Shown: positions 36,220-50,637, numbered from the whole stretch's first letter. The stretch: DNA of 62,789 nucleotides, filler included, from Folioceros fuciformis (GCA_049999805.1; 5 parts of 4 records of this genome joined end to end with filler, not necessarily neighbours in it), one strand, 5' to 3'. Made by a program: numbers and translations. Notes: generated by a model not told the origin, from the sequence alone.

Positions 36220-36676
36220 TGGTACGTAGGATCATATAACTCGGGAGTAGCTCATTCTTTTCATAGTTATTACACGCTGGGACAGCTGATCAGGCTCCCT
36301 CCAATTTTTTTTGAAAATGATAAAACCAAGACCGCTGAAGGGCCTCATCTTCCCACTTTATTCTCACTTGGATGTATACTTCGAATTAGTATGAAGTCCC
36401 TGAATTCAAGACCGGCCGAACCAGGATCTCTCAGGGTGAGAATTGGAGTAAGTGAAAAAACGCTTGAGTCATTGGCTCTAGGACAGGTGCATGGGCACCG
36501 TGTGTATACACACATGAATGGAGACGTACGGGTACGTATTGTACATCCGTAGCCATGGGGGGCTGGATTTCCCCGATGTTAATTTACGCAAGCCTCCGAC
36601 TCGCGTATTTCATTAGCTTGTATTAAATAGGGCCTATGGAAATGGGACCACCGAACGCTGAAACGTTCCGAGCACG

Positions 36677-36850
36677 ATGGCCAAGGCGAAGGGTGGTGCG
36701 GTGCTGGTAAGGCTTGTATCCGCAGCTGGCACCGGATTCTTTTACGTCAAGTCCAAGAATCCGCGCAAGTTTCCCACCAAGCTTGAGTTCCGCAAATACG
36801 ATCCTGTCGTCAAGCGTCATGTTCTCTTCACGGAGGCCAAAATGCGGTGA
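36677..36850 (+). CDS. RPL33: Ribosomal protein L33 (bacterial/mitochondrial type), 57 aa, not in the ORF track
   Basis: [58 protein letters not shown]33 signatures LVS.AGTG.FY and L...KYDP....HV.F.E.K. Confidence 0.93.
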   Translation: MAKAKGGAVLVRLVSAAGTGFFYVKSKNPRKFPTKLEFRKYDPVVKRHVLFTEAKMR

Positions 36851-37051
36851 ATTCTACCTCTGCCTCTTAACCTAATTGCAGGAACGGGACTTTGGGCTGC
36901 TGAATCGACACTACAGCTAGATCTGGTGGCTTCAGATCGGAACTGGTATTGATTGCACAAGACTGTGCAAGGCTCCCGACTGCGGGGTTTAGAATCGTGG
37001 AATTCGGGTTTTGACCTGGAAGAGTGAGAGGGGCTTTACCAGTTTAGGCCG

Positions 37052-40000
37052 ATGCAGCCCCGACTTGGATACGTCGTATGGCTGGGGGTTCTTCTCTTGG
37101 TCTGCTGGGGAGCTGGTCCAGCATGGTGCCAGCACTCCAAGGCCGTTGCGCACGACGATAATATGAAGGATTTGGCAGAAAGCAACAAGTTTCTGGCTCG
37201 AGAAGCCTCAGATGACCATCTTCCCACAGGAAAACTGTAAGTTCCCTTTAAATGTCTGTCTATTTCCTGGATATGCCCCGCGGACTTTTACGATGGATTA
37301 ATGACTTCGCCTCTTGCATTTTTTTTTGTAGTGATGAGGAGGCGTTGGCTAGAAGCCAGTGCCCTCAGAACGTGGAGTTGAGGTGGCAAACGGAGGTCAG
37401 CTCCAGCGTTTATGCCACTCCTCTCATCGCAGACATCAACTCGTATGTGCTGTGTCTCCATCCCTCGCTCCTGCACGAAAATGATGTGATCAGTGCTTTA
37501 GGCTAAACTGGCCAGACTTTCGTGTTTACCACGTTTTGCTGTTGAATTGATTGGCCACTGTAGTGATGGTAAGCTCGAAGTGCTTATTCCCTCCTTTGTC
37601 CATTACTTGGAAGCACTCGAAGGAGCTGACGGGGAAAAAGTGATTGGTACGTAGTCCACCAGTGTGGTTGTTAAACCTCAACGACAAAAGCTTCGTACTT
37701 CAGGTTTCATACGCTCCGTGATTTATTGTCATACTTGATGGGTCTCTCTTGCAGGTTTCCCAGCCTTCCATCAGTCAACTGTGCATGCCAGCCCTCTGCT
37801 TTATGACATCGATAAGGACGGCATTCGAGAGATCTTGCTTGCCACCTTCAATGGCGACATTGTTTTCTTCAGGTGTGTATCTTATCGTCCTTTGTATTCG
37901 TCTTTGCATGTGATCCAACACTAAGCTTTTGGCAATTGCCTGCGCTACAAAGTATAGCAGATTCTCTGTCCACCTTTAATTTACCGGACTGTGAATCTGG
38001 ATACAGGAATAGCGGCTACCTGATGCCAGAGAAGTTGACAGTACCAAGGCTTCGTATAAAAAAGGACTGGTTTGTGGGTCTGGACCCTGATTGGGCAGAT
38101 CGCTCCAATCCAGATGTGCATGATGAGGGTATTGACGTCAATGTCCAGAGCAGTAAGGGTAAGGCAACTGGTGCTAAAGTGGGAGAGACGCCTGCTGTGA
38201 CAGAGTCTGTATCTTCTGGGGGACAGGTGGATGAAATTCTTGACAAGGTCCGCCGTTCCGAACATGATTCTAGCATCACTGTCGAAGCGGAGATTGCAAA
38301 AAATGTGCAGCGACGGTTGCTAGAAGATACTGAGGATACAAAACAAGCGGCCACCGTAGAAAACGATCAGCAGGGGCTGGACGAGGATGCTATTGCTGCG
38401 TTTGAGCTTCTTCGCGATTATAGTGCAGACGATGAGGCAGTCACTGATGAGTATAATTATGACTATGATGACTACGTGGATGAAAGTATGTGGGGTGACG
38501 ACGACTGGAATGAGGTTGCTCATGAAAAGGTGGAAGACTATACAGATGTTGATGCGCACATCCTGTGTACTCCGGTTAGTTGGTTCTTGAGATGCCTCTC
38601 TGTAGATTATTTTCATGTTGCTACGCGGTGCCAACTCTTCTGTTCATTTTCCGAGTGGTTCGTATTTTTTGGTGTTGATTGATGTAGGATTTTGCAGGTT
38701 ATTGCCGACATTGACAACGATGGAGTAGATGAGATGATTGTTGCATCCTCTTTCTTCTATGACCGGGAGTAAGCTCCGATTACCGTGTGTCCCAAACATA
38801 TGCAGTTTCCTGGCGTATGTCCCTGCATGAATCTTTTACCAGCATAAGCTGTGTGTGGACTTGCTAGGTATTATGATGCACAGGAGCATAAGAAGGAGCT
38901 TGGGGACTTGGACATCGGGAAGTACATAGCTTGCTCTGTGGTTGTTTTCAACCTCGAAACAAAACAAGTGAAATGGAACATCCACCTTGATCTGAGCACA
39001 GACTCCGGAAGCTATCGTGCTTTCATATATTCTTCACCAACGGTTGCTGACATTGATGGGGATGGGTTCCTTGAAATCATTGTGGGCACATCGTTCGGTT
39101 TTCTCTATGTTCTCCGTCACAATGGTAAGCCATTTTTAGGCAATGTGTCTTTTTCTCCGTTAGTAGTCCGGTGCCGGTTTTGTTGCAAGTAGTTCTTACG
39201 TGTCACTCTACGAAAACGAAATGCAGGCCGAGTTATGGAAAATTTTCCAGTGTTAATGGGAGAGATTCAAGGGCAAGTCATTGCAGCAGACATAAACGAT
39301 GATGGTCTTATAGAAATCGTGAGTGTTGATACTAGAGGCAATGTTGCTGCTTGGAGCAGCAAGGGAAAGGAAATTTGGGAGAGGCACTTAAAGAGCCTGA
39401 TTTCACAGGTGAGTTCTGCGTGAATATCATCTAGTTTCCTAGTGTCGTGGAAGGTTCCTTGCTCTGGGACATGATTTTGTCTGCTTCATGTGTTTGGTTC
39501 TCAGATCGATGACCGACGTGTGTGCATTGCTTGTGCTCAGGGAGCGACGGTTGGTGATGTCAATGGTGATGGACACACAGAAATCGTTGTCCCCACATCC
39601 TCAGGAAATATCTATGTGTTGAAAGGTGCTGATGGTTCAATTGTCAGCCCCTTCCCATATCGCACTCATGGAAGGGTGATGGCACCTGTACTATTGGTTG
39701 ACTTGAACAAGCGCGGTAGTGATAAAAGAGCACTTACACTTGCGGTAACGTCTTTTGATGGCTACTTCTACCTGATCGATGGTGCGACAGGTTGTGCAGA
39801 TGCCGTTGACATTGGCGAAACCTCGTAAGTGTTCTCCAGCAGATTTGGCTGTCTTTCGTTGTCCAGGCATTGCAGGGTGACCCTGTGTATGTGCGGCTTA
39901 CCAGATACAGCATGGTGGTGGCTGACAACGTGGACGGTGGAGATGATCTGGACTTGATTGTCACAACAATGAATGGGAACGTGTTGTGTTTCCAAACCCC

Positions 40001-40708
40001 CTCTTCCTATCATCCTCTCAAGGTACGGTGCAGGGTTTCAGTGCGTAGAAATACTTTTGGTGTGCTATTCTCTGGGAAGCCCTTTTCCAATGGTGTTCTT
40101 GTCCCACAGGCATGGCCAGGTCAAGCACAAGGAAGAAATGTGGTATCCAATAGGGGTAATCGGCAGGGCATTTTTGTGGTGGAGTCATCTCGCAAATTCC
40201 GGGATGAAGCAGGAGACAAGTTCTGGATTCAATTTCAGATCGTTGATGAGTACCGGCCGTCATCTAAAACGCAGGGGCCATACAAGGTTAAGGTGAGGAT
40301 GATAAAGTGTTTCGGGGGAAGGATTCGTCCTTCTTTCGGCATTTCTAGTATAATGAATCTTTTCCTCACCGTCATCGGCAGATCACGCTGTTCGTTCCTG
40401 GAAACTATCAAGGTAACCGAAGTACAGTCGTGGAGGAAACGTATAAGGAGCGTGGAGTACACAAGATAGGGTTGCCATGTCTACCTCTGAGGACCGGAGC
40501 TACAGTTCTCGTGGAGATGACAGACAGAAATGGGCTGTACTTCTACGACGAGTTTTCCCTCACATTCCACATGCGGTATTATCGGCTCCTGAAATGGCTA
40601 GTAATTCTTCCACTAATGGGAATGGCTGCCGTACTCATCCTTGTTAGACCCCAAGATGCGGTTGAGTCCTTGCCAACTTTCGCCGGCGACAAGAAGTACT
40701 CGTTTTGA
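37052..40708 (+). CDS. DEX1: DEFECTIVE IN EXINE FORMATION 1 (FG-GAP/integrin-alpha-like repeat membrane protein), multi-exon
   Basis: Signal peptide; [57 protein letters not shown], repeated D.D.DG..E motifs; C-terminal [16 protein letters not shown] plus a TM helix. Confidence 0.92.
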
Positions 40709-40946
40709 GGGGATAAAAGTTTTGTCGGAAATTTGTACTTTTGATCCTTCGGCTTGTACCGTGGGTAATAGTGCCTGAGATCGTACGTTTTGTCTGCTTG
40801 GGCCGTGGAAATGAACTACAAAGTGACCCCGCTGCAGACTGGTCTGCAGGACGAAAAGCTGACTTGACAGTATTTCGTGTTCTGGTAGTCTTTTCTATCT
40901 ACACCAGTAAAAATGCATTACAAATTCTTCGATGCCCAGTTCCAAA

Positions 40947-42430
40947 TCATGCCGCAGCCGCAGGTATTTCAACCTCAATTTCTTTCTCTCCTGACGACCT
41001 TGTTGAACCCCCTGTAGGGTTGATGAACGGTCGATGATATTCTGATTCCTGACGAGAACCCGACCTATCCAGCCTCTCTTCGGTGGACAAGGCAACCGGC
41101 GTTTCGCCGTTGACCGCAATTAGTCTTTTCAGGTCTTCCTTCAGTTCAGATTCTTCACACCCATCTAGCTGGCCAGACTCGTCGTCGTCCAAGCTCATTT
41201 TCTCAGCAGCCTCCCTTAGCTCAAATTCCTGCATTGCCCTTCTGCCATACACTGTGACAGTGATCCCAATCACAGCGGCCACCGACAGGCCAACTGTGTT
41301 GTAAACAATCTCCACTGGCGTCAGAGTTCTTTTCTGATGGTTCACGTCTGCTAGTGTCCTGAGCAACTTCCCGCTGCAAGGAGATGTTCACGGGTCAGGA
41401 CTGGAGGCAGGCAGTGTTCACACATCCCACCCATCCCTCAGCAGGAGAGGCTTGCACATCGATTGTCAAAAAACGTTTTGCCAAAAACGCAAACTCTGTA
41501 CCTGTAAATTGTGATGAATGCTTCAGGCACCATGCCAGTCATGGAACCCATGATGTAAGGACCATATCCTATAGTGGTGACTGTTATAGCGTAGTTGAAA
41601 AACGGATACGGGAATGGAGACACTCGTAAGAGTGCTATAGCCCGAAATTGATGGAACCAAGTACCCTGTTCCGCGAACTTGAGAACCGAAACTTGCTTTG
41701 GCCACCGCTTCAACCAGTTCTGTGAACAATCCAGGGGACAAGGCCGAGTCATTAGAAGTCCTCTCAGACTCTGTACAACCCACACATACTCCAGCAGGGA
41801 ACTCATCGGAGACAAGGATAAGGGAACGTGCCCGTATTCGATCATGCACCAGCTGATGTCCGATGAAAAATGGCAGGGACTGGCCGATAAAGGTGCCCAC
41901 CATGATGATCAGAAAGCCGACACCATACCCAAAAACAATCCCCGCTAGCCACATAGATGGACCAGAAGGTATCAAGACTAGAGGGAACAACGCCAGTGAA
42001 GCTATAAGAACAAATGCCAAGACGGGCCTGCTAAACGTCCGAGCCTCCCAATCCAAAAGTGGTATGACTACCTGCAAAGAGTAGAGTAACAAACATAAAA
42101 CGTCAGCCCAAAACCAACTGCCTTCACAAACGAATGAGGCCATCCGAAAGCACGGGCAGCAACCTCGCTCACCTTCTCAAGAAGAAAAGGCCCCAAAAAC
42201 ACAAAAACAGCACCTATAACCGCAAATGCCACGAAGGCCACAACCAGTATCTTCGTCCAGTACCAGACCCTCCGCCACCTTGTGTTTTCCACAGGCTGTA
42301 CGACGTCAAACTCATCCATCTCCAGGTCGTCAGGGTCTAATCTCAAGTACTCCGAATCTTCTTGCATTTCCTGCATTTCGACACCACTAGGTGCAGCAGA
42401 GTGGACATACTCGTGCCTGTCCGAACCCAT
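40947..42430 (-). CDS. TVP38/TMEM64 (SNARE-associated Golgi, DedA-like) membrane protein, multi-exon
   Basis: VVIPLLDWEARTFSRPVLA...LIPSGPSMWLAGIVFGYGVGF, WFHQFRAIALLRVSPFPYPFFNY, GMVPEAFITIY. Confidence 0.85.
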
Positions 42431-45400
42431 GTTCACAGTGACAGTGCCGATCCCAACAAGCACCACCAACTTCCACACCCGCCACCAGACAGAACCCTGC
42501 AACAGCCGAAGGATCCATCATCTGCCCGCACCTTAATCCACGCAAACACTACCGTGAGCCATCTACCCTTCCCATACCAGCCTTCACTCACAACGTCAGA
42601 AACACCTGCGCACGTACCGGTCTACTGCTGTACACCTTCAGACGGCGAACAATCTAGCACTCCAGTCTTTCAGGACAGGAACGAATCACTGCACCTCAAC
42701 CCCAGATACACTCTACCCTTAGCCATGGTGGATCACAACTGAATCGTTCTAACGCATCGCAACTCCTGCAAGTGTCCACCTCCAGCTTGCCTGACATCAG
42801 ATCTGCATACCATCTCCTTCAATTCGCACCTCCAAACCTCCACCCACAGCACAGCCTTAACCCAGCTTTCACCCATCAAGCCTCCGCCACACTACCCCTG
42901 TCCCTCAGCCCGCGCATGCGGAAGCTGTATCAATTCCCCTCCTCCCCTGCCTCCTTGTATCACACAACACGTGCCCAATTCCGTGCATTCCCAGATCTGA
43001 GCAACGAGACTCTCCCTCACCCTGCAGTGCCAACTACCAGCCAGAAGTAGCAACGAAATATCCTCAACCGCCCACAAACTCTCCAGCCACTTGGCAGACC
43101 CGCACCAGCAGGCAAGCGTGATTGAGGCGGCGCGAGGAGGGCAATCCCAGGTCAGCCCCAATTTCTTTTGGCCAAGACAACCCCTGCAGTTGCTAGCAGC
43201 CTTGCAGCCGGTAAGTGGGTGCGAGTGTCTGGATGGAACTACAACCTATGCCCCTCCTCACTCGATAAGACTGCCGTCAAGAGCACTTCAATTCTGAACC
43301 CCTTTAGTGCTGCCGCATTTCGCGCCTCCCCATGTATTTGACACGGCATACCTGCTCCCACAGTCATCCCCGTGCCTTCCCCCTGGCCGGCAAATTTGTC
43401 CATTTGGTTTTGCGCTTTCGCCTCCAGGTCCAAACTCGAGGAAATTTTTTGCTTTGCTGGCGGCTTCCAAGCCTTGTGCCAAATTCACTCTATAATGTAT
43501 GTATTTTGCGCGTGGCAGCACCTAAACGGTCCTAAACCTATGCAAGGGAGGCTCATAATAATGCGGTTTATTAGTTGCAGTATTGCTTTTAGAATGCTTC
43601 TTATCCTTGGCTGGTCCTATGCCAACTCGGGGCATGAGCGAGAGGGATAAGTAGCAGTCGTGCTGTCCACCACCACCGGTATCTACAACTTGGCTTACAT
43701 TCCATCAGCCTCATGCTTCTAGGATTTAAAGAAATGGGACCGCAAGCTACATGTGCGAAGGCCCATTTGAGTAGCAGCCAAGCATCATTTGGGATTTTGA
43801 AATCAATTCGTTGCGTCTCTCATTTGTTGCTTTCGAGCTTACGCTGTCAACCCTATGACTTGTACTACCAAACATGACTGGCTTTGACTGGAATCCACTC
43901 TTTTGACTGAATTTTGCTTAAGACTGGACCACTTCCTATCATTTTTGCAGCTTGCAATGGCACAGGAAGAAGGACCATCTCAGCAACCAGAAAAGCAAGA
44001 GGGCGATGACGTGCCATCACGGCTGATTGCTAGCACCAACATAGTGAGCAGCCAAGCTTCTTGCTCTAAAGCTTTGTCGCAAAATGCGGAGGTGCACAAT
44101 GTGTTGCTCAACCTTCTGCCTAGTAGTGAACCAGAGAACATAGATGTCACAACTATTGGACAATATGGAATGCAACATTGCCAAGTTGCTATGGAGGCCA
44201 CCTCATATGTTCCGTTGCATGCTTCATGACTAGCTTCAGGATGCTCTACCTGCAAGAGGGACACCTAAACTCAAAGACATTCTCTAATGAAGTTGTGACA
44301 TGTTGCTAAAGATCTGCTCCACTATTGCTATTTGTACTTGACAAACTAAAACACATTAAACATCGGTCAATACTATGGTTTAGAGTCCATGGCTTGCATG
44401 AAGATGCAATGATTGCACCCAGTTTGTTGGAGGATTGTTTTATGTACTAATCATATGCAATGTTAAGCAGAAGTGATGGTGTGGCCTACCTTATATGTAG
44501 TACAACATGCCTATGTAGCCATTGGTGCTCTAGTCTTGAGATTTTTCACATCCTTGCATTTCCAATCAAGCAAGCATATAGAGGTCAAGCTCCACATCCA
44601 TATACAAATTCCTTTGATGTGGATTCTGAGATGCCATGAACTTAGAGGCATAATATAGGGCCTCCATTACAAAATAACTTAATGCCATGGGTGCTTCTAG
44701 ATCTTGATTATAAACAAGGCCTTTCATTTACAAGACTCCCATGTATCACTCCAATGGGTACATCCATCTTACACAAGGCATCTCATGTCTTTCAACTTCA
44801 TCTACCTAGTGGATAATAAGATGCTACATAATGTTCCGAAATGTAGATGGCAAAACTTGCTCAAGAAGTATGATGGTTATGATAGCTCCACGAGTGAGAA
44901 ATGGCCTCCTAACGCAATTGGCAAATAGTATTGTAGAAGGCAATGCCAATCATTTCAAGGTTGCACATTATCAATCCTTCCAAACCAAGGCGTGAAGTTT
45001 GGATACGTGCATGTCTGGATATAGTCGTTAGCCCTTCTCCGCATATTGCTTGCCTCAAAAAATTGCCTTAGTGTCATCTGCATAGCGGAGCATTCAAATA
45101 GGGGGGTGAGGAGAGCAAGAGAAGCATTGTAATCATCAAAGAGGTGCATAGGAGAACTTGAAGACGGTGCCAGAGCTCGTGCAGAGTGCATCTTCTCTCA
45201 CGGAGTCAGGAGCTAAGAAGGTGCAAAGGCAAAGGTGCAAAGATGCAAATGGCGTCCACGAATGCCGAGGCAGGGGGTTACGGGCGATTTGGTCAAACAA
45301 CAGGAGTTGAACTTGCCCAAGATATCTGGGAACATTCAAGCCATGACAATCATCCAAGAGTTCACTTGGAACTTGTTATTTTGCTCCAAGGGGAGGCACA

Positions 45401-46869
45401 TGTCCAAGCATATATGGTCTAATCCCCTCATGTAGACCATGTAGATGATGTGTGAAGTCTACAAGCCGCGCCACGGAGAAAGGGAGTCTATACCTCAATT
45501 CCCACTGAAGCACAGCCCTGGTGAAGGAATCATCAATGATACTCATCTTTGATAGAGCCTGCAAGACCACACGCAAGTGGCTGATCCACAACATTCGTAA
45601 CTTCTTAATACGAGGAGTAGCTAGATTAATTGTCAACCAGCTACCATTCTCAAAACGAACCTTATCGTTCACCCTTGAGGGTCCTTCTACTTCTTTATGG
45701 ATTAGCGTAAGGGTCCCTAGTAGATTGGGGAAAGGTAGTGGGACATTGGATCGAGGTTCAAAGGTTATGACAAAAAGAAATCCCCTCTATCGGGGCTCTC
45801 ACCCTTCCTCTACCATATCTAGAGCATTTCTCAATTACCTAACACAGGTGGAGCAACAGTCCCTGCCCTGAGCATTCCCTCCCTCAACATTCCCTCCCTA
45901 AACATTCCCTCCCTAAACATTCCTTGCCCTAAGAAACATACTTGAATTGGAGACACTCATAGCACACCCTGGAGGGCACAACCTCCAGCACCTCCACGCC
46001 GCTTGCTCGAGACCTTCTCCATGGTTGCTATGCAGGATGAAATTTGCTATTCCTGGTTGCAACCCTGGAATTCACAACACCTGCTGAATGGCTACAAACG
46101 TGATATACCTGAGCAGACTCAGGGGTACGCTCTAGTTGTTCTGGTAGGTAGACGCTATGCTCCGCTGCTCTGCTATGAGGAGGAGACCTGAGTGTCCTCC
46201 TGCTGCTGTCAGCACTACGTGATCACTCCCTAGGTTGAGGTCGACTTGCCCTAAGCTCCTGTTGGGCTTCCATGGTCTCTGATGGAGGATGCTTGCATGG
46301 ACGTCCCCTCTTGCGCTTGGGTGACAGTGGCGCTTCGCCTTGTGATGCTTTACCTTCAGCAATTGTGGGTAGGGTAGGGATTTTACACCTTCATCCTCGC
46401 ACGTGTGAGGCCGTCTTGCCCATGGCGCTATGTATCCAACTCCAAATAGCTGCAATAGGATTCAGAAATACGTCATGAGGAATTCCCAGCCTGCGAGCTT
46501 GTTCAGCCTATACATGCAGAAATTCCTCCTTCAAAATGGCATGCTCTCTCGGAGCTACACGTGCCCACTGTCGCCTCTTGTTTCTGGTCCGAATTGGACC
46601 CTTACTGGGCGTGACATTCCTGTGTAACTCTGCAATTCTCCTTCTCACTATCTCCTGCTTTCGCAAAGTACTGGCTTCTTGCTCTGTTCGTCAACGCTCA
46701 AAGTTTGCATGCCCTTGAGCCTACGCAGCATACCAAACTGCGAGTTTGGTTTGAAGCCTCTCACGTCTCTCCTCCCTGCTGTGCCTAGAGACTTCTGTGT
46801 CAGCTTCCACCTCATGTGGATTTAATACAGCATCATTTCCTTCTTCTTCAAGAGCCATGTTCACACTTA

Positions 46870-48232
46870 GCACGTTATAGTGCTCACATAATCATTCTCC
46901 TTCTGGAACATTGTCCAGTGCTAGTTTGAGACAAAACAAATGGTAACTACGATTACATCTGTTACATAACAACATGAACTCTTCGTCAGTTGTGTGCCCA
47001 CACTTCTCACAGGGCAAATCTGTTGGTGGCGTCTAGGCCTGAGGCACAGTTTGTGTGTCCAAGTTAGGCAAATGGCATGGAGCCAAGTGCTTCATGTGCT
47101 CCTTGCACCTTCTGCCATCTCTTCCTTCAAGTTCAACCACACCCTGCTCACCAACTTGCACAACTCTCAAGATAAGCCTCCATGTGCTGACATCCAACAT
47201 GCTTGCAGGCCTATGCTGCAAATACACATAATTTCCAACGCAAACTTGCAAGCTTTGGGCTTCCATGAGCCCCCCAGCGTGTAAGCATACCTCAGTTGAT
47301 CCCAATGCTCGACCACAGCCAAATTGTCCATAGCCATAGGAAGAATCCTTTGAAACACCTCAGCTCTGGCTTAAACCTGTGCAAAGCACACATTTGCATC
47401 TTTGTTCCAGTTAACAAGGATGGAGTAAGTTTCACCACATTCGGCAACACTGCATTGCGTCCAAATAACAAGAAATATGGATTGAAGCTCTCAAGAGCTG
47501 CTTGTACCCCAACACGATTTAAGGGAGCAATTCATCCCAACACTTGGGCTCCACAATGATGCAGTATTTCCTTAGTGCGTCCTTGAAGGTCTGCACTAGC
47601 TTCTTTGTCAGGCCATCGGCTAGTGGACCCTGGTCTATGAGCACCTCTACGAAGCTCCCAAATCTGCTAAGCACACACTGCAGAAAGGCTTTGCTGGTGT
47701 AATGCGAAGTTCTTTGTGGCAAGAAGGCTACCTCAACCCACTTAGAGAAGTGCTCAATCATGACCATGCAAGGTCTGTTACCTTGCTTCGTGAGAGGAAG
47801 CTCTAGCATAAGATCAACTGACCATCTGAAAAATAGTCCTCTGATTGGTAGGGAGTGCAACACCACATCTTGAGTGTTAAATCTAGCTTTGATTGTGTCA
47901 CATACAGCACCCTTAGCCACCACCTTCTCAACATCTGCATACATCCCTAACTAGAAATATGTATTCTTCAGCATGTGGTGTGTCCTCTTCACACCAAAGT
48001 GGCCAAGGGTTTCGTGCACCTTGGTCACTATCCCAACCCTTTCCTCAGGGCTTGGAACTTTCTTCACGAGCTCTCCCTCTGATAGCAACAACTCACCATT
48101 TCTCCATGAGTATCTGGTCACACACCTCCTGAGCTTAGCCAAGCCTACTTCAGTGATTCTAGGCACTGTGCCTTCCTTCAGCAGTTGTAGGGCTTGAGGA
48201 TGTCTCCACACATCCCTGACAGACTCTATCAA
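46870..48232 (-). mobile_element. Heavily degraded Gypsy integrase + PHD remnant, related to the 12.7-22.3 kb element
   Basis: VHETLGHFGVKRT, LPIRGLFFRWSVDL, IEHFSKWVEV, APCHLPNLD, then CEKCGHTTDEEFMLLCNRCNRSYHLFCL...W*LC (PHD, 46877-47011). Confidence 0.85.
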
Positions 48233-48549
48233 AACAAGTCCTTCTTCATGCTTGTGGCGGCAAAACCCTGGGCACTATTTGCCAACGGTTTCGACCTTTA
48301 GTGGCCACACTTATCCCATTGTCATTGAGACATTGGGTTTCGTTCCCACGAAGGAGCGATGGGGTTCCTCGCTGCTATGGATGGAGGGTCGGACTCAATT
48401 GACTCGATGACGAATTCAAGGGCTCCCCTCCAACTTTGATAAGGCTTGGGACAATCCTCGCTGTCCAGCAGTCAACTGCACCTCTCTCGGTGCCTACAAA
48501 TGCACTCCAATCACTACAACGACACTAACCTCTCAAATCTACAACTTTC

Positions 48550-48650
48550 CTCACTCACTTCGCTCACTCACTCACTTCGCTCACTCGCTCACTCGCTCAC
48601 TCGCTCACTCGCTCACTCCCTCACTCCCTCACTCACTCACTCACTCACTC
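48550..48650. repeat. (TCAC/TCGC)n microsatellite
   Basis: Run of tcactcactcgc tetramers. Confidence 0.85.
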
Positions 48651-49510
48651 AAGCACAAGCACCAGCAACCCTAAACCCAACACCACTACCTTCTACACTT
48701 CCCTATTGACTCCCCCACTCGGCAAGAGTCACTAGACTAACCCCAAAGAAGAGCATGCCACAACCCACGATCCTACTAGACACCATGCGAGCATGGTCGG
48801 CACTCACTCTAGTCCTGCGAGGAAACAAGAATGACAGATCATAGGGCACAACACGGAGAGCACGATCAAGAATTAAAGGGACCCCGCCCTTAACTCTGAC
48901 CACCACTTCTGAGAGTTTTACCAGACGCTGCACACATGGATAGCCGGCACACACTGTTGTATCCAAGCTAGGACAACCTGAGAGAGATCGCAAAGTGTAA
49001 CCTGCCTCCTACAAGCTCACTCGATCTTATAGAAGCCTCTCTCTTTCGTGCCTCACCTCTCTCTAGCTTGACAATTATTATTTTAATAAGACTACTAGCC
49101 TAACCGACTATCACTAGCCACTTATTTAGACTTTCCTAGCACTTCTTGCCGCCAATATTGATGAGCTAGCCCTACCACCACAAGTATCCACTACCTATTA
49201 AACTATTCTAAGACCTTGAAGGATGCCTGATCTTCAAAGATCTTGCGGATGCCACCTCTTCCTTGCTGGATGGCTGCCCGCAAAGCCTTCTCTTGTAACT
49301 GTTTCCCCTGGTGGCTGAGTCTGTCTCCATGGGAGGAGTATGAGCAGTGGGAGAAGAAAGGGAATAGGTGAGAAGAAGTGTGATCAGCAACCGGAACCGG
49401 GCTTGAAATCGGCAGCTTATTCAACAGAACTGGCTTCCAACCGAAATGGTTCCTCGGCCATGGAAAACTAATCATGGGGTCCCGGGACAATTCAAACTGT
49501 CGACCAAGTG

Positions 49511-49610
49511 NNNNNNNNNNNNNNNNNNNNNNNNNNNNNNNNNNNNNNNNNNNNTTAATTAATTAANNNNNNNNNNNNNNNNNNNNNNNNNNNNNNNNNN
49601 NNNNNNNNNN
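49511..49610. other. Artificial contig linker
   Basis: 44N-TTAATTAATTAA-44N. Confidence 0.97.
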
Positions 49611-50637
49611 ACCATATTTCTGCACCAGACCAAATATGCACATGAGATATTAGAAAGATATGAGATGTCGCATTGTAAGCCTATCGCCACACCTATTGAG
49701 CAGAATACAAAATATGTAGCTCAGGTAGGTAACATACTTGCTGAAGATGAAGAGCTGGTGGCGATGTACCCGTCCAAGAATGGAAGCTTGATGCAACTGA
49801 TGATAGGGACGCGCCCAGACCTAGCATTCAGCTCGAGGCTGACCTCGAGATTCGTCTCGAATCCAAACCGTCAGCACAATAATCTTATGACCAGATTGTA
49901 CAGGTATATTGCAGCAACCCCTGACTGGGGAATCCTGTACAGCAGAAAGGCGAAAGATGCTCTCCAGCTGGTGGCGTACAGTGACGCTGACTAGGCTGGA
50001 GACCCTGATAGCAGGAAGAGCATATCGTGCTATGTCACCATACTCGCAGGAGGTGCAATTGGGTGGAGCAGCAGGCGACAGTCCATGATTGCGCTCTCCT
50101 CGACGGAGGCGGAGTATAAAAGCCTCACCGAAGCCTGCAAAGAGCTAACCTGGACAGTTGGAGCAATGGGTGAGCTGGGAGTAGTCCAAACCCTGCCAGT
50201 GAGCCTATTTTGTGACAATTAGAGTGCGATTGCACTCAGCATGAACCCCAGGTTCCACGCCAGGACCAAGCACGTTGAGGTTCAGCATCACTACATACGA
50301 CAAGTGATCGGACAAGGGTTGGTTGAGGTTATTTACTGTCCGACTGATTTGATGACTGCTGATATCCTCACGAAGAGCCTTGGGCGCATCAAACATTACC
50401 AGCACGCAGCAGCCCTAGGACTTCGTGCAGCTGGTGAGAAGCTCAAATGGAGCAGGATGCCGGATCCACAGCTGGCGAGTTCGTCGGGCCTGCAGCGTGA
50501 AGACTGAAGCACGGACTGAAGGGACAAGCGGGAAGAAGACGAAGACTTTCCAAGTTTCTTTGGCCATGAAACGTTTGCGTCGTAGTTTAGATAAAATAAA
50601 TAACTAAATAATATCTACCCTCTAGTCTCAGTGGGAG

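Noticed and set aside
43900-46800. Scattered short ORFs downstream of the degraded Gypsy relic
   Set aside because: Probably decayed TE sequence; no motif I can identify.
48253-49154. Possible solo LTR bounded by the 9-bp inverted repeat TGGCGGCAA/TTGCCGCCA
   Set aside because: No matching TSD, no terminal CA and no second copy in the window.
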